In this document: positions 39,141 through 52,202 of the stretch, in pieces
Numbering within the stretch: position 1 is the stretch's first letter
Layout: every line of letters starts with the position of its first letter
Assembly: GCA_050273025.1 (NCBI GenBank)
Contig: CP158635.1
Location: 16,368,001 to 16,432,000, forward strand
DNA from: Cenococcum geophilum
Taxonomy: Eukaryota
Direction of reading: 5' to 3'
DNA length: 64,000 nt
Program-made: the position numbers and the translations under genes
The notes under the pieces: generated by a model
Seen by the model: the letters and a program-made list of their open reading frames with translations, nothing else
What the model was told of the DNA's origin: nothing
The model's database searches: none

Positions 39141-39763
39141 TTCCTATTAAAATTTACTTTTTCTTTATTATTAATTTATTATACCTTTTTAATCTCCCAC
39201 TAATTGCTCTTTTAGGCTAATATTTTAGCCTTACCATTATATATAGAACCTTAGCCTCTATTAACTTATAACTAGTGCTAGTTTTACTTAAACAACTTTA
39301 CCTATACGTTCTTAAAAGACTAAAAGTCTAATAAAAAGATATTAAAAGCTTATAATAAGACTTCCTATATAAGGTCTAATACCTTTAGTCTTTATAATTA
39401 GTGTATATATACTAAAAGCGGTAGTTATATTAAGGTAAGCTTTCCTATCCTTAGATAGCTTTCTATTACTAACGTTAAGATATAATAGCCGAGGCCTAAG
39501 TAGTAGTGTGCCTTTAATATTTTTAATTACTATATCGCCTAGGCTCTCTTTTATTCTAGCGTTAATACTAAGCATTTAAGTTAAATTTAAAACTATAACT
39601 ATTTATACCGTCTATAATTCCTAGTAAGCTAGCTAATAACACCTAATAAGGGAGTAAGGCTAGTATATTAAGGATGAGAAATAAGCAAATTTTCTAAGGA
39701 AAATTTCAAAATTGCGGACTTACAGCCCGCGATTTTAGTCCTTGGAGAAATTTATATATTTCT

Positions 39764-41640
39764 TGCGCTTACGGCGGGCTTTTGTCATTTTAAACTAAAT
39801 ACTGCCCTACTACTTACTACCGCCGTACTACTACCCCGCGTCTTAGCCTGTAATAAGCAGTAATACCTCCAAATATATAATATTAATAGTAGTAGCATCC
39901 CCGTTCTACGGCAGTAACAGTAAAAGCCCGCCTATATTTGTTACTCTTAATAGCGTAATATACAGCTTCCTATAGATAAAGACCAGCATATATAAGTCAA
40001 CGCCGATAAGGTTAAAAGACTACCCCTATAACTTATTTACGGTCATAGCAAAGTATAGCTGGATTAGAAACTGCCTTCTACTAATAATAAACGGCAGTTC
40101 TTCCTCTGTAAAGGTAGGCTTAATATAAGAAATTAGTCGCAGCTGCCTATAAAAGCTGCCGCTAAGTATCCTCGCTTTAATATAGCGGCAGCCTAGGCGC
40201 GTAATAACTATATAGGTGTTGTTATATAGGCCTTGTTTGTTACGGCACCGCAATAAATTTAGTTAGGGGGCTCGCTTAAGCCTTGGCATATGTATATAGA
40301 CGTGTCCTTTTCTACCTTCTGCTCCTTATCTTAATATCTAGGTCTATAGACTACTAATTATACAGGCTTGCATACGTTCTTTACGGCGCTTGCGCCTCGA
40401 TTAACTAAGTCGCTATGACATTATTTAGGGTAAAGGCTCCGTAAAAGGATTATAGGCGCGCCTACCTTTAGGGAAAGCTTTAATAGAAGTAGGCTATTAG
40501 GGTTAAATATCTATAGGAGCTCTACTAGCGGTAGTTCTATATAATTACCTTCTTACTTATAATTATTCTCTAGTAGCCTTAGGGCTACGTAGGCGGCCTA
40601 GAAGGTTAGATAAACTATATTAGTAATATTACGGAGGTTCTTAAAGGAAACGGACGTTAGTAGTAGCCGTAAGTAGAACCTCTTACCTATAATAGGGCTG
40701 TAGTAATATATATGGCCTATTACAGTACCTCGCTAGCGAGATTACTACTCTTACTGCTTTATATAAAAGATATACCACTTAGGGAAGTCTTAATATAAGC
40801 AGTTACGGCCATCCTTATACTCCGCGTTATACTTAAAAAAAAAAGGCCGTTAATATAGAGTAGGAGAGCTTAAGGCGCTATTAAATCTCCTTAGCGGATT
40901 ATTTAAGCTAAAAGTATACGGGGTACTTACCTAGAAGGTGCACCGTAAGCTAGATTATAGAGGGGAGCTTCTTATAAATAGGAAACTTAAATAGCCACCA
41001 GATAGCCTTAGAGGGGCTAATATAACGGCACTGTAAATACTAGTTTACCTTATTGCTATCTATAAGCCGTAAAGTAGTGTGATCGTTCCCCTTATATATA
41101 TATTTATATATATACTTAACGGACCGCATAGAAGCGTAGACTTTAACATTTATATACGTATAATACTTTACGGTTAGATATAGGCAGTATGGAATAATCT
41201 AGCGGTTATCTATTTTAAATATAGCTTTAGTAGGCCTTAATAAGCGGATAGACTATAACTGTAAATTATTATAATAGCAGTATTTTAGATAGCCGTCCTT
41301 ATATATAATAGTAGTAGGGTTAAAAGGCTTAGGGTACTTTAAGAAGGCTAGCGGAAGGCCTAGGCCTAGGCCTAGCGCAACTATATAGGGAACTCGCGGA
41401 TTCTAGGAGCCGTAAGGGCTGTAAACTATTATAGACTTTATAATTTTAGTAAGACGACTAGTAGGATTACCCTCTAACTATAAAAGCTCTGTAGATATAA
41501 AATAGTTAATAATGGCTAGGTTTAGCAGCCTATTACAGTTATATAGATATAAGAAGAGTAGTAGGTATAGATAGGGCAGGCCTATTTTTTATACTTAATA
41601 GTTAGATAAAGCCGTGGTACCGGCTAAAGATCTACTTCCG
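39764..41640 (-). mobile_element. Helitron relic (Rep and PIF1 helicase fragments), 5'-truncated and internally deleted
   Basis: Minus strand: degraded EYQKRGLPH HUH motif (about 41560-41600), YINVKVYAS..SVKYIYKYIYKGND (about 41085-41160), FYLRLLL...AAYVALRLLEN, LKVGAPIILLRSL, RRQFLIQLYFAMTVNKL*G*S and NIIYLEVL. Confidence 0.92.
40238..40420. mobile_element. Solo LTR (183 bp) inside the Helitron helicase
   Basis: TGTTAC...ATGACA with TSD TTGTT/TTATT (one transition). Removal restores LYPKQGL. Confidence 0.85.
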
Positions 41641-41649
41641 TTTTAGGTT

Positions 41650-41925
41650 GTATAGAAAATAGATAAATAAAACTTAATTATTTAACTTACAGTTTAAAAT
41701 ATCTATTAAAGTTTTATTTTTTTTTTTTTTTAATAGCAAAAGTATAACCTTAAGAGAAATAGTAATTATTATATTTAAAAAGTTTATTTTATTAGTAGTA
41801 TAGGTATATAAGTATTCATTTTTAAAATTTTATAATTATTTATTAAGTGGTGGTGGAGTTATTAATATATAAAGACAGCTGATTTTGGTGTAATTTTGGG
41901 TGGCTCGCTTGGGTAGCTAATACGT
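41650..41925 (-). mobile_element. Terminal fragment of a second pogo/Fot1-like element
   Basis: GGGTGGCTCGCTTGGGTAGCTAATACGT|TA: an ACGT terminus with an internal direct repeat, typical of Fot1-like TIRs. The partner TIR was not found. Confidence 0.5.
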
Positions 41926-43035
41926 TATAGACCATCGTTTTTAACCAGCTATAATTTAGCTGCCTATTAATTGGACGCTAATAATGGCGGTATATACGTA
42001 TTTCTTTGTTAGTTATTACTAAAATGCTAGAATCCTACTACTATCTAAACACGTTTAAAGCTATAGATCCTTTTTACTCCTATACCTCTTAGTTATTTAA
42101 TATTATTATCTAATTAAGTAAAGTCTCTCTATTATAGGAAAACCTTAGTGCTGAGTTATAAATAAACTTATATAGTCTTAGGGAGTTAGATAAAACTAAA
42201 GGCCTATAAGCTTTTCTAAACTAGGAGTATATATTAGAATCTATCTTTATAGTGCTAAGGTGGTTATAAGCGTAATATATTAAATGGAGTCTGTAATACA
42301 GTATAGCATAGTTTAGGCCTTTTATTGCTTATATATATATCTAGCAGACCTTATATATCTTTAGATTAAAACTAGCCGCTTTATACTAACTACGCAAGAG
42401 CTTTATAACCTTTATTAGTTTAATTTTAATTATTTAGTTTAGGGACGCTTTTAAATACGCTAGTGACCTTTACTACACATGCAACCTTACCAAAAGGTAG
42501 CGCTACACTCCAAAACTTACGCATACCCATCTTACCATTAAAAACAATCGATTTTCTAACTTTCAAGACCTAATTCCTACTGCCTAGCGAGCTAGAGGTG
42601 GATTTATTTGTCGTTTTACCCCCTTTTTCCCAACAGAAAAATCCCCCTAAGGGTGGCCCTAGCTTATAAGCGAGGCACGGACAGGAATACCAAAACTACT
42701 ACCACTACTATTAATACCAAAACTATAAAATAGGGGCTAGTTTCTCTACTACCTCTTAGCCTAATCTCCCCAGAAATTTTCTAGTAGGATTAGTAAGGAG
42801 AAAGGGTATAAGGACAGTAAAAACTTAGGAAAACCCCCCTATAAGATATAAAATGCTAAGGCCCGGTAGGCCTAAAAAGAAACCTCTTATAGAAATAAGT
42901 GATAATAAGTCTATATCAACATTTACTTTTTCTAGCCCTTCTCTTTCTCCTAGCCTGTTTGGGACAGGAGAAAAAAGAGGACATCCTTAGTCTTCTACTA
43001 AAAAAGAAAACTAAAAACCTGTAAAAAAGACAACT

Positions 43036-43228
43036 TGTCACGGGACGGGGGCAGTGGCTATAAAGCGTATGTATTCGAGGAGTCTACAAGACGTTACGCG
43101 ATCGATCGTAAGGGTCGAGGGCGTAAGGAGGTGATATACCTACGCGTAGCTGATATAAGCTGTACGCGAGGTATATACAAGAGCACGGGGCTCTCCTATA
43201 GAGGCCCCTGCGGTAGGGTTCTATAACA
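43036..43228 (-). repeat. G2 3' LTR
   Basis: Direct repeat of 49207-49399. Confidence 0.95.
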
Positions 43229-46200
43229 CTACCCCCCCTCTTATAGAGGCGGAGCTCCGGCGACGCTGTGGTTACTATATATATATAGAAGAGACACTTA
43301 AGGTATAGAAAAGAAGAAAAAGGGGGGTATTATTAAAGGCTTAAAATAACGTTATATAATAGGGCTTAGCATCTAAGAATCCGACCAATTAGATAACTTT
43401 AACCGCCGGTTAAAGTTCCTGGACATCTTAACAATATTCCGGTTATATAATCGCACTTTACCGCAATCTAACGGCAATCTAACGGCAATTTGCCCTTACG
43501 TAGTAATGTATAACGGTTTAACTCTATAAGGGCTCCTATAAAGGATTAGGTATAAAGTCTCTACTTAGGCCCAGTTTCTATAGGTTCGCGTAGTAAAAGT
43601 CGCTGATTAGATCCTTTGCATTTTCAAAGTCTTCCTATAGTTGCTATTCTGGCTAATCTATGTCGAATCCTATATATATAGCTCTGTAGTAGAGCCGTCG
43701 TCCTCTGCCTTTGCCAAAGTATTTAGAGTTAATAATTTGTTTAACGGTCCACTCCTTATAGTTCTCGTCTTTGTTCTTATCTTAAATTAGTACTAGTAAG
43801 GGTTTAGGCTATATCTACCCCGGTAAAGGGTTAGGCTAATAAAGGTATAGTAGCTATAGGTGAAATACGGGCTATATCCCGCGGGTAGCTAGGGTAGGCG
43901 GGAGTTCTAGCTTATATGCGGCTCCCCTATTAATAACTTATTTGATTAGATAGGGGCCAAGGTTCTTATAATTAAGTGACTTTATAGGCCTCTGCGTAGA
44001 GATATTACGTATATCTAGCTATACCTAGTCGCCAACACATATCTCCAGTAGTGGCGTTCTATAATAGTCGGCGAAGTAGGCCTGCTTTACTTAAGCCTAG
44101 GCCATTTCTCCCTTGCAGTAGTCGAGTAGATTTTTTATATGGTCTGTATACTGGTCGGCAAGTAGCATCTTAAGGCGTTTTCTATATGGTAGTTTCTTAT
44201 TAATAGGTTCTGGTGGCTCTATGCCAGATTAGGGGTAATAACCCTTGTTCTTAAAGAATGGGGTAAGTCCTATAGTGGTTAAGACGTAGTTATTCGCTGC
44301 GAATTTACCTAGTAGGAGGTAATCTACCTAGTTATCTTAACTATAGGCGACTACCTATCGTAGGTACGCTTTTATGCTGGCATTAGCGTTTTCTGGTTAC
44401 CCAGCAGTTTTATAGTAGAAGGATGTAGATATCTTAATAGAGATGCTAAGGCGTTGGCAGATTCGTCTCTATATATTAGAGTTAAATTATATACTTTAGT
44501 CGGACGTAATCGAGTTAGGTAGCCTATGTAGTCGGTAGACTTCGCGAAGAAAGGCGTTAGTAACGTTGCTAACGGCTACGCCTTCGGTTAGGACGTAGTG
44601 GCGCTCTTTTATAAGTTGGTATATTATTATAAGGATGTTCTTATAGGTACGGCCGTGTTGTTTATAGGGTGGTAGGTTAATAATAAAATCTATAGCGATA
44701 TCTGCCTATCGTTATATAGGTACTAGTAGAGGGTATAGTAGTCCTTAGTACTTTGTATTAAAGGCCTTAGCGCGCTTATAACCATAATAGGCGCCTATAA
44801 AGCGTTTAACTAAGTCTATTATTTTTGGCCAGAAGTAGTATTAGCTAAGAAGCTTATAGGTTCCTTTTTTGCCTAGGTGGCCGCTTAATCGGAGGTCGTA
44901 GGCCATTTAGATTAGTTGCCGTTGTAGATTTTCTAAGTTAGGGATAAATAGGCGGCCTCTATAATAGAGCCTATTCTCTTTTACTTCTAAGGCTGCTATA
45001 TTAATCTAGCCTAAGCTTTAGAGGTTAGTAGGCAGTATATAGGCGCTGGCGGTCTTTGCGGTAATAAGTTAATATAGTAATGGGTTAATAGAGGCGTTAT
45101 ATACCGTAGTAATAAGCTTATTAATTTTAGGAGGTAACTCTAGTTCTGTGGTATGAAGCTGGGGTATAGTTAGCTCTATCGTAGGTAGTATACCTAGGGC
45201 TAAATTTTGTGCTTTTAGGATTGTCTGTTGTTAAAACTAATTATAGGGGTCATCTTTAGACTAAGGAAGGTCTTGCGAGCGGCGTGTTAGGCTATTAGGT
45301 TTAGTACCTTATACTCCTAGTCTATATATAATTTTAAAGTTAAAACCAGAGAGGAACTTATTTTAACATACTTGGCGTTAGTTTAGCTACTTTATAGTTA
45401 TAAAGTACTTAAGATTGCGATGGTCCGTAAGGACTTTAGTTAGCTAGTTAAGCTCTGCTAAGGAGAGTTCTAGTTAGAATTCTTTAAACGCTTATATAAT
45501 TGCAAAGAGTTCTTTATTATAGATCTTGTAGTTATACTCTTATAGTATAAGCTTAGATAAGTAGAATGCGACTAGGTAAAAAAGACTGTTATTACCTATC
45601 TAGGAGAGGACGCCTGCGTTGACGTGGTCTAAGGAGTTGGTTTTAAGGTAGAGTTGTTGTCCTGGTGTAAAGTAAGCTAAGATAGGTGCTTTAGTAAAGG
45701 CATTTTTAAGGTCTTGGAACGCCTTCTTGTATTTAGGCGTTTAGGTAAAGCGTAGGTGCGTTTTTCTTCCTTTTGCAGAAAGGCCCTTTGTTCGCATTAT
45801 TGCTGTAAGTGGTGCTACTACGCCTAAGAAGTTGTATATAAATTTCCGATAAAAGTTAGCAAAACTAAAAAAGGCTTATACGTCCTTAATGCAGTTAGGG
45901 GCTTACTATTTAGTAATTATACGTACCTTCTTGGGGTCTATATGGACACCCTTAGTAGTAATAATTAGTCTAAGGTATTTTACTTCTGTAACTAAAAATT
46001 CGCATTTCTTTAAATTAATATAAAGTCCTACGTCCCTAAGGCGCTATAGGACCTTTTAAACGTGTTCGGTATGCTTAAAGGGGTTATCGCTATAAATAAG
46101 TATGTCGTCTAGGTACGCAGAGTAGAAGTTATTAAGGTAGTTTCGTAAGGCGTTATTAATATAGCTTTAGAAGGTACCTGGGCCGTTATATACGCTAAAG

Positions 46201-49200
46201 GGTATAACGGTATATTTAAATTGGCTAAAGCGCAATACGAATACGGTTTTCTATTTATTACCTTCCCGTATTTAGAGATAGTTAAAGGCGGCGATAATAT
46301 TAAGCTTAGTATAGATTTTGGCTTAACTAAGCCGCTTAAGGGTCTCACATATAAGCGGTACTAGGTATTAGTTTTTAATTATAATAGCGTTAAGTCCTCT
46401 ATAGTTAACGTAGAATTAGATACCTCTTTTTAGCTTCTTAGCAAGAAGGATAGGGGTGGCTGCTAGTAATATGCTGGGACGAATAAATCCTTTATTAAGG
46501 TGCTCGTTAATATACTTTTTTATAACTAGAAGCTCATCTTTTAATATTAGGTAGAGTCTCTTATAAGGTAGCATTTTTCCTTATTTAATGTTAATAGTAT
46601 AGTTATTAGGTTAACGTGGGGGGAGTATATCTGCGCTCTTTTGTAAGCATATATCGGTAAAGTTATAGTACTTCTTAGGGAGGAGCTTGCGGAGTTCTTC
46701 GTTGGTAAGTCCTTTTTTAAGCTTTATAAACTTCTTAAAGTCTAAAGGTAAAAGTCCGTAGAGTTCCGTAGGGGCGTTGTCTTCTAAAAGGTTAACTATG
46801 TCTATCCTATTACTATAGAGGACGTAGTCCTATTCTTTATTAAGCTTATATAGTCGTAATTAGGAAGCTATAGCAACGGTCTAGCCTTTCTTACGTGCTA
46901 TGTGGTAGAAGGCTAGGGCACTTATATAGTAGTAGTTAGTCGTAGGTGGGGTAATAAGGGGTTCCTTAGGTTAATATCCTGGGGAGTAAATAGAGGCGGC
47001 TAGGCCATGCCCTAGGTAAGTCTCTCTACAGTATTTAGAGTTAAAGGTTACTTCTCTCTTCTTTTAGTTAATGGTGGGGTTATATTATTTAAGCTAGTTT
47101 ATTCCGAGGATAATAGGGTAGTTAGTAAGTGGTATTATATAGGCCTAGAGTTCTTCCTAGTGCCTATTTATATCTAGGTGGAGTTATACTATATAGGTAA
47201 TCTTCTGTACGGTATAATTACCGTTAGCGAGTTATAGGGCGCGGGCTTTAGTAAGGGGTAAGGTAGGTAGGTTATAAGTACGTACAAATTAGGTATCTAT
47301 AAATTTATTAATAGCTCCGCAATTAATTATAGAACGGCTTTTATATTGTTTTTTGGCAGTAGTTCCTATTATAGGTAAAACTATCTATTTCCGTCTATTT
47401 ATCTTTATAGAGTTATCTATTAAGCAAGCTAATATATAGATCCCTCCGTTATTAGGGCGTCCTAACCCACGACTTAGGGCTAGGACTTAGTGTTTTCTAT
47501 TTCCGTATCCAACTCTACCGCTATTACTACGTCTTTATCTTATACGGTAGTAGTATATAGCAACGTATTTAGTGTTCGGGGTATTAAATTAGGTATTAGA
47601 CGGCGGCTACTAAACCTAGCTATTAGGCAGTTTAAGTTATCGCAATAATAGCCTTCTTAATGGCATCTATAGTAGCGTCCTAGTTTCCAGAGTAGCTTAC
47701 GCTCTCCATCTAGGAGTTTCTGTAGGAAGGTTAGTATAGAGAAATCGATATTAGTTCCGGTAGTACTTAAGGTAATAGGCGTCGGTGGCTTAGTATATAT
47801 GGGTTTAGTAGGCCTAGGGGGCTTCTATAGGGAGGTCTTTAGGCGAGGGTTAGTAGTAGCAATTTAATTTAGTTGTCGTTCAATCTTCTATAGAGCTGCT
47901 ACCATATTATAAACATTATTATAGTTGTGGCTGGCGGCTGCGTAACTAAGGCAATAAGTAACTTTTTTAAGGAGGTCCTCCTAGTCTTTAGTATTATCTC
48001 GGGTAAGGGCTCTAGTATATTTCTAGAATTTAATATAAAATTTATTAAATAATTTAGTAGGGCTCATCTTTAGGGCACGTAGTTTAGCTTAGTTAGTAGC
48101 TAGTAGATCGTGGTCGCGGTATATTAGGTTAAGATTATTAAGGACTTCTTAATGGGACTGCTACTTCTAGGGGCTACTAGTCTCCTATTAGGCGAAGAGT
48201 CTATTAAACGGTGTACCCTTTATTCGCCTAATAATATAGCTAATCTTAGTGTCTTCCGTAGGAAAAAGGTAGGCGCTCTAAGTTAGTTTTTCGCGGATTT
48301 GCATCTTCTAGTAGCTGTATTCCTTGCAGTCTCCCTAGAAGACTAGGGGATTAGGGTAGCGTATATTAGACCCTACGGTGGCAGTTTAGGTCCAATTATT
48401 ATAGCTTTTATTATTGCTACTTTAGTAGGGGTTCCTATTAGGTAAAGCTGCTTAGCGCTAGCCCTTTATTAAGCGTTAAGTAGGTAAAGTTGCTGGGGGC
48501 ATAGAGACTTAGGTGGCATTATATATAGTAAAGAGGTATCTAGCGTTATTACGAATGTGCTTATTAAGCTAAGATTATAGGTATTTAATTATGCCTTCTC
48601 TTTTAGTGACTGTAGCAATTAGTGCAATCTTAGCCTTCTTTAACTATTAGACGTCGCGTTTAGACACGTAGAGGTCGTCTTTAATTTCTTAACATATATT
48701 ATTGGCGAGCGCCTTATAAGCTTATAGGTCTTGGATAATATCGCGATCTTAGGCAGTACGCATCTTGGCTTATATAAGCTTTAGGTAATAGTTCTATAGA
48801 AGGCGGTAGTATTTATTAGGGTCTTATGCTACCATTTTTACAAACGTCTTAGTGTCTTATATTTCGATTTTAATAGGTAGTAGCCCTTCCGTTTACTTAT
48901 CCGTAGTTATATAGTTAATAAAAGATAAGACATTATCGGTGTCCGTCTCCTTAGGGGTTAAGGCTAAAGCTAATAAATTAAATTCTCCTAGGATTAATTG
49001 GTGTTATAGGTTAGGTATAGGTATTAGATTATTCTTTAGGTTTAATATAGTAGCTAGTAAGGGATATTGTCTTACTATTATAGGTTCCTTAGAAGTATAA
49101 AGTGAGGTAATTCGTAGATACGCTGCTTTTAGCAGCGCCTACAGTATTACAGAGACGTAGAATTTGTCGTAGGCTAAGCGTTGGTGGTAAAAAAGGCGTA

Positions 49201-49206
49201 ACGTAA

Positions 49207-49399
49207 TGTTATGGGACGGGGGCAGTGGCTACAAAGCGTATGTATTCAAGGAGTCTACAAGACGTTGCGCGATCGATTGTAAGGGTCGAGGGCGTAAGGA
49301 GGTAATATACCTACGCGTAGCTGACATAAGCTGTACGCGAGGTATACGCGAGAGCACGAGGCTCTCCTATAGAGGCCCCTGCGGTATGGTTCCGTGACA
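49207..49399 (-). repeat. G2 5' LTR
   Basis: TGTTATGGGAC...CCGTGACA. Confidence 0.95.
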
Positions 49400-51263
49400 C
49401 AACTAAACTAATAACTTTTACGGCTAGTATACCTAGTATATCTTTCTCTCCCCTTTCTCTAGAATAATACCTATAAAAGGCTTTAGATAGCCTAACCCAG
49501 GCCTATAAAGGGCTAGAAGAAAAAGAAGAAGAAGATAAAAAGGAATAAGTTAAACAGCTAGAGGACTATATACGTAGTATCCTAGTAGGAGAAAATCCCT
49601 TTATAAAAGGAAAAGAAAAGACAAAAGATGTCCTAAAAGGACTAGTTGAAGAAGTAAGAGCTCTTTGTAAGGAGGTAGCCCATACTAAAGAAACCTACGT
49701 AGAGAGGCTAAAGAAGGACTTCCCTACTTCGTCCTCTCTACCCTCCTTATTACTACCATTTCCTACTCCTTCTACTTCTACTAGAAGTAAGAAAAAGCAG
49801 CTATAAGAAAGAAAGCTAGTCCTAATTACAGACCAAAAGGACTAACCTTTAGATACCTTCTTTATACGAAACAAAGTTAATTAACTATTTATATTAAAAC
49901 TATAAGTAGAAAAACCTGTTTTAGCATCTATAGCTAGAACTAAAGGAAAATAAAATATTCTCCTTATAACTACGGAAGAGTATAACGCGGATTTCCTAGT
50001 TAAATATAAGGAAATCTGGTATAACTGCTTTACCTTTTAAAGAGAACAAAAACTAGAACTATAGGTTTTAATTATAGCCTATAGTGTTCCTATCTTACCT
50101 TTTCTAGGAGAAGGAGGCTCTAAGCTTCTAAAAGAAGAAATTGAGACCTTTAATCCTATAAGGATATAAGGACTACCTAGATAGATCTTATTTAGTATAA
50201 AAAGACACAATCTATAGACCAGATTTGGCTTTATAGTCTTTACTATAGAGAATAAAGAAAAAAGATAAGAAATCCTTAAGCAAAAAGAGATATTAATTGC
50301 AGGTACAGCTACTAAGGTAGTAAAATACCTCAAAGTCTCTCCTACTACGCAGTGTACGAGCTACTAAAAATTTGGCTATATAGGAGATAGGTGCTCTACT
50401 AGGGCCTGCAGATACTATATAGCTGTATATTTATCTAAAGACCATTCCTGTTCTACCTGTATAATAATAGGTAAGCCTTGCCAGCATACCACCCCTCTTT
50501 GCATTAATTGTAAAGAAAAACACTTTACTAATAGTAAAGACTGCGAGACTCTTAAAGCTGCTAAACTAGTACGCGAAGAAGATTCTATAAAAGAATAAAA
50601 CAGATAGGATTCTAAAAGGAGGCAACTCCTACTAGGCTCTTAAAAAGATATTAGAGAGTAAAAGGATAGAAATAAATTACAAAAGGATAGGGATAGGGGT
50701 TAGGATTTCTTATAGCTTTTCTTACCATTTTCTTATTCCCTAGTAGTTATAGTATCTTAGTATTTTACTAGGAAACTATAAACTCCTAACTTAGGGGTTT
50801 ATAAACTACTAGGATATAGCTACTAATATATATTAAGCTGCCTAGAAAGGATTTATGTATATAGAACTATAGCGCTATAGCCTAAGGCTGCATGCGTAGT
50901 ATTGTACGTAGTATAATACAATGGATAAAATATATATATATATATATAAAAGTTCTTAAGAATTAGTTCCTAGGTAAATAACTCCTTAAGCTCCTTAAAT
51001 GCATCGGGAAAATATTCGCAGGATGAGATTCAAGTAGACTTTGGTTTTCGCGTTTCGCGTAATTGACATGCAATTTGACCAACTCGACACGCAATTAACC
51101 AACTTGACACGCAATTGACCAATTTGACACATCCAAAAGTCAAATAATACGCAGTTAACCTATTTAACAACTTTAAAAGCTAACTATATATTCCTTAACA
51201 TGTAATTAAGGTAAAGTTATATGCTAATTACGCAAATGAATTTTTACACAGTTTTATTACTTA

Positions 51264-51715
51264 AAGGCTCTGCACAAGGCTCTACACGAAGCTCTACACG
51301 AAGCTCTACACGAAGCTCTACACGAAGCTCTACACGAAGCTCTACGTACAGAGGCTCTGCACGAGGCTCTGCGCGAAGCTCTGCGTACGGAGGCTCTGCA
51401 CGAAGCTCTGCACGAAGCTCTGCACGAAGCTCTGCACGAAGCTCTGCACGAAGCTCTGCACGAAGCTCTGCACGAAGCTCTGCACGAAGCTCTGCACGAA
51501 GCTCTGCACACAGAGGCTCTGCACGAAGCTCTACACGAAGCTCTGCACGAAGCTCTGCGTACAGAGGCTCTGCACGAAGCTCTGCGTACAGAGGCTCTGC
51601 ACGAAGCTCTACACGAAGCTCTGCACGAAGCTCTGCACGAAGCTCTGCGTACAAAGGCTCTGCACGAGGCTCTGCGCGAAGCTCTGCGTACGGAGGCTCT
51701 ACACGAAGCTCTGCA
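51264..51715. repeat. 12-bp minisatellite (GCACGAAGCTCT)n with 15-bp variants
   Basis: Directly visible. It produces the repetitive ORFs in the track. Confidence 0.97.
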
Positions 51716-51832
51716 TCGGGTCCCCGCTATATTCCCGATAGCCTCTCCTATGTAGCCACCTTATTTTTTTTTATCCATCCTTCCTTCCTTACATCCTCCC
51801 TACCTAGGGAGGCACCAGAACGGCAGCCAGCA

Positions 51833-52202
51833 GAGGACCGTCACCAGAACTAGACGACCGTCGCCAGAACCAGACGACCGTCGCCAGAGCCAGACGACTG
51901 TCGCCAGAGCCAGATGACCGTCGCTAGAACCAGACGACCGTCGCCGTCGCCAGACGACCGTCGTTAGAACCAGACGACCGTCGCCAGAACTAGACGACCG
52001 TTACTAGAACTAGACGACCGTCGCCAGAGCCAGACAACCGTCGCTAGAACTAGATAACCGTTACCAAAACTAGACGACCGTTACTAGAACCAGACGACCG
52101 TTGCCAAAGCCAGACGACCGTTTCTAGAGCCAGACGACCGTCGCTAGAGCCAGACGACTGTCGCCAGAACTAGACGACCGTTGCCAGAACCAGACGACGA
52201 CC
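51833..52202. repeat. 20-bp minisatellite GACGACCGTCGCCAGA(A/G)CCA
   Basis: Roughly 18 tandem units. Further units lie at about 52480-52588 and, inverted, at about 38005-38145 and 38410-38535. Confidence 0.95.

Larger units (their letters stand above)
43036..49399 (-). mobile_element. Ty3/Gypsy chromovirus G2, full length (6364 bp)
   Basis: 193-bp LTRs (TG...CA) at 43036-43228 and 49207-49399, TSD CAACT (43031-43035 / 49400-49404), PPT GAGGGGGGG. RT AYLDDILIY (about 46095-46120), RNase H, integrase and chromodomain (EWTVKQIINS, about 43750). Confidence 0.96.
42470..50948 (+). mobile_element. ORF1-only non-LTR retroelement (about 2.1 kb native) split by Gypsy G2; 5' end approximate
   Basis: Gag-like ORF1 relic at about 42850-43035 plus 49405-50598, with QCTSY*KFGY, CRYYIAVY and CINCKEKH knuckles. 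It is followed by about 330 bp and a simple-repeat tail (50931-50948). No APE or RT motifs seen. Confidence 0.7.

Noticed and set aside
43035..49397. Two near-identical 63-aa ORFs
   Set aside because: They coincide with the two G2 LTRs.
51221..51853. 210-aa Ser/Arg-rich ORF and overlapping AELR, CRAS and VQSF ORFs
   Set aside because: They are products of a stop-free 12-bp minisatellite that is open in several frames, with no coding evidence.
51833..52202. CRISPR-like look of the regular repeats
   Set aside because: The units are head-to-tail with no unique spacers, there are no cas genes, and the context is eukaryotic.
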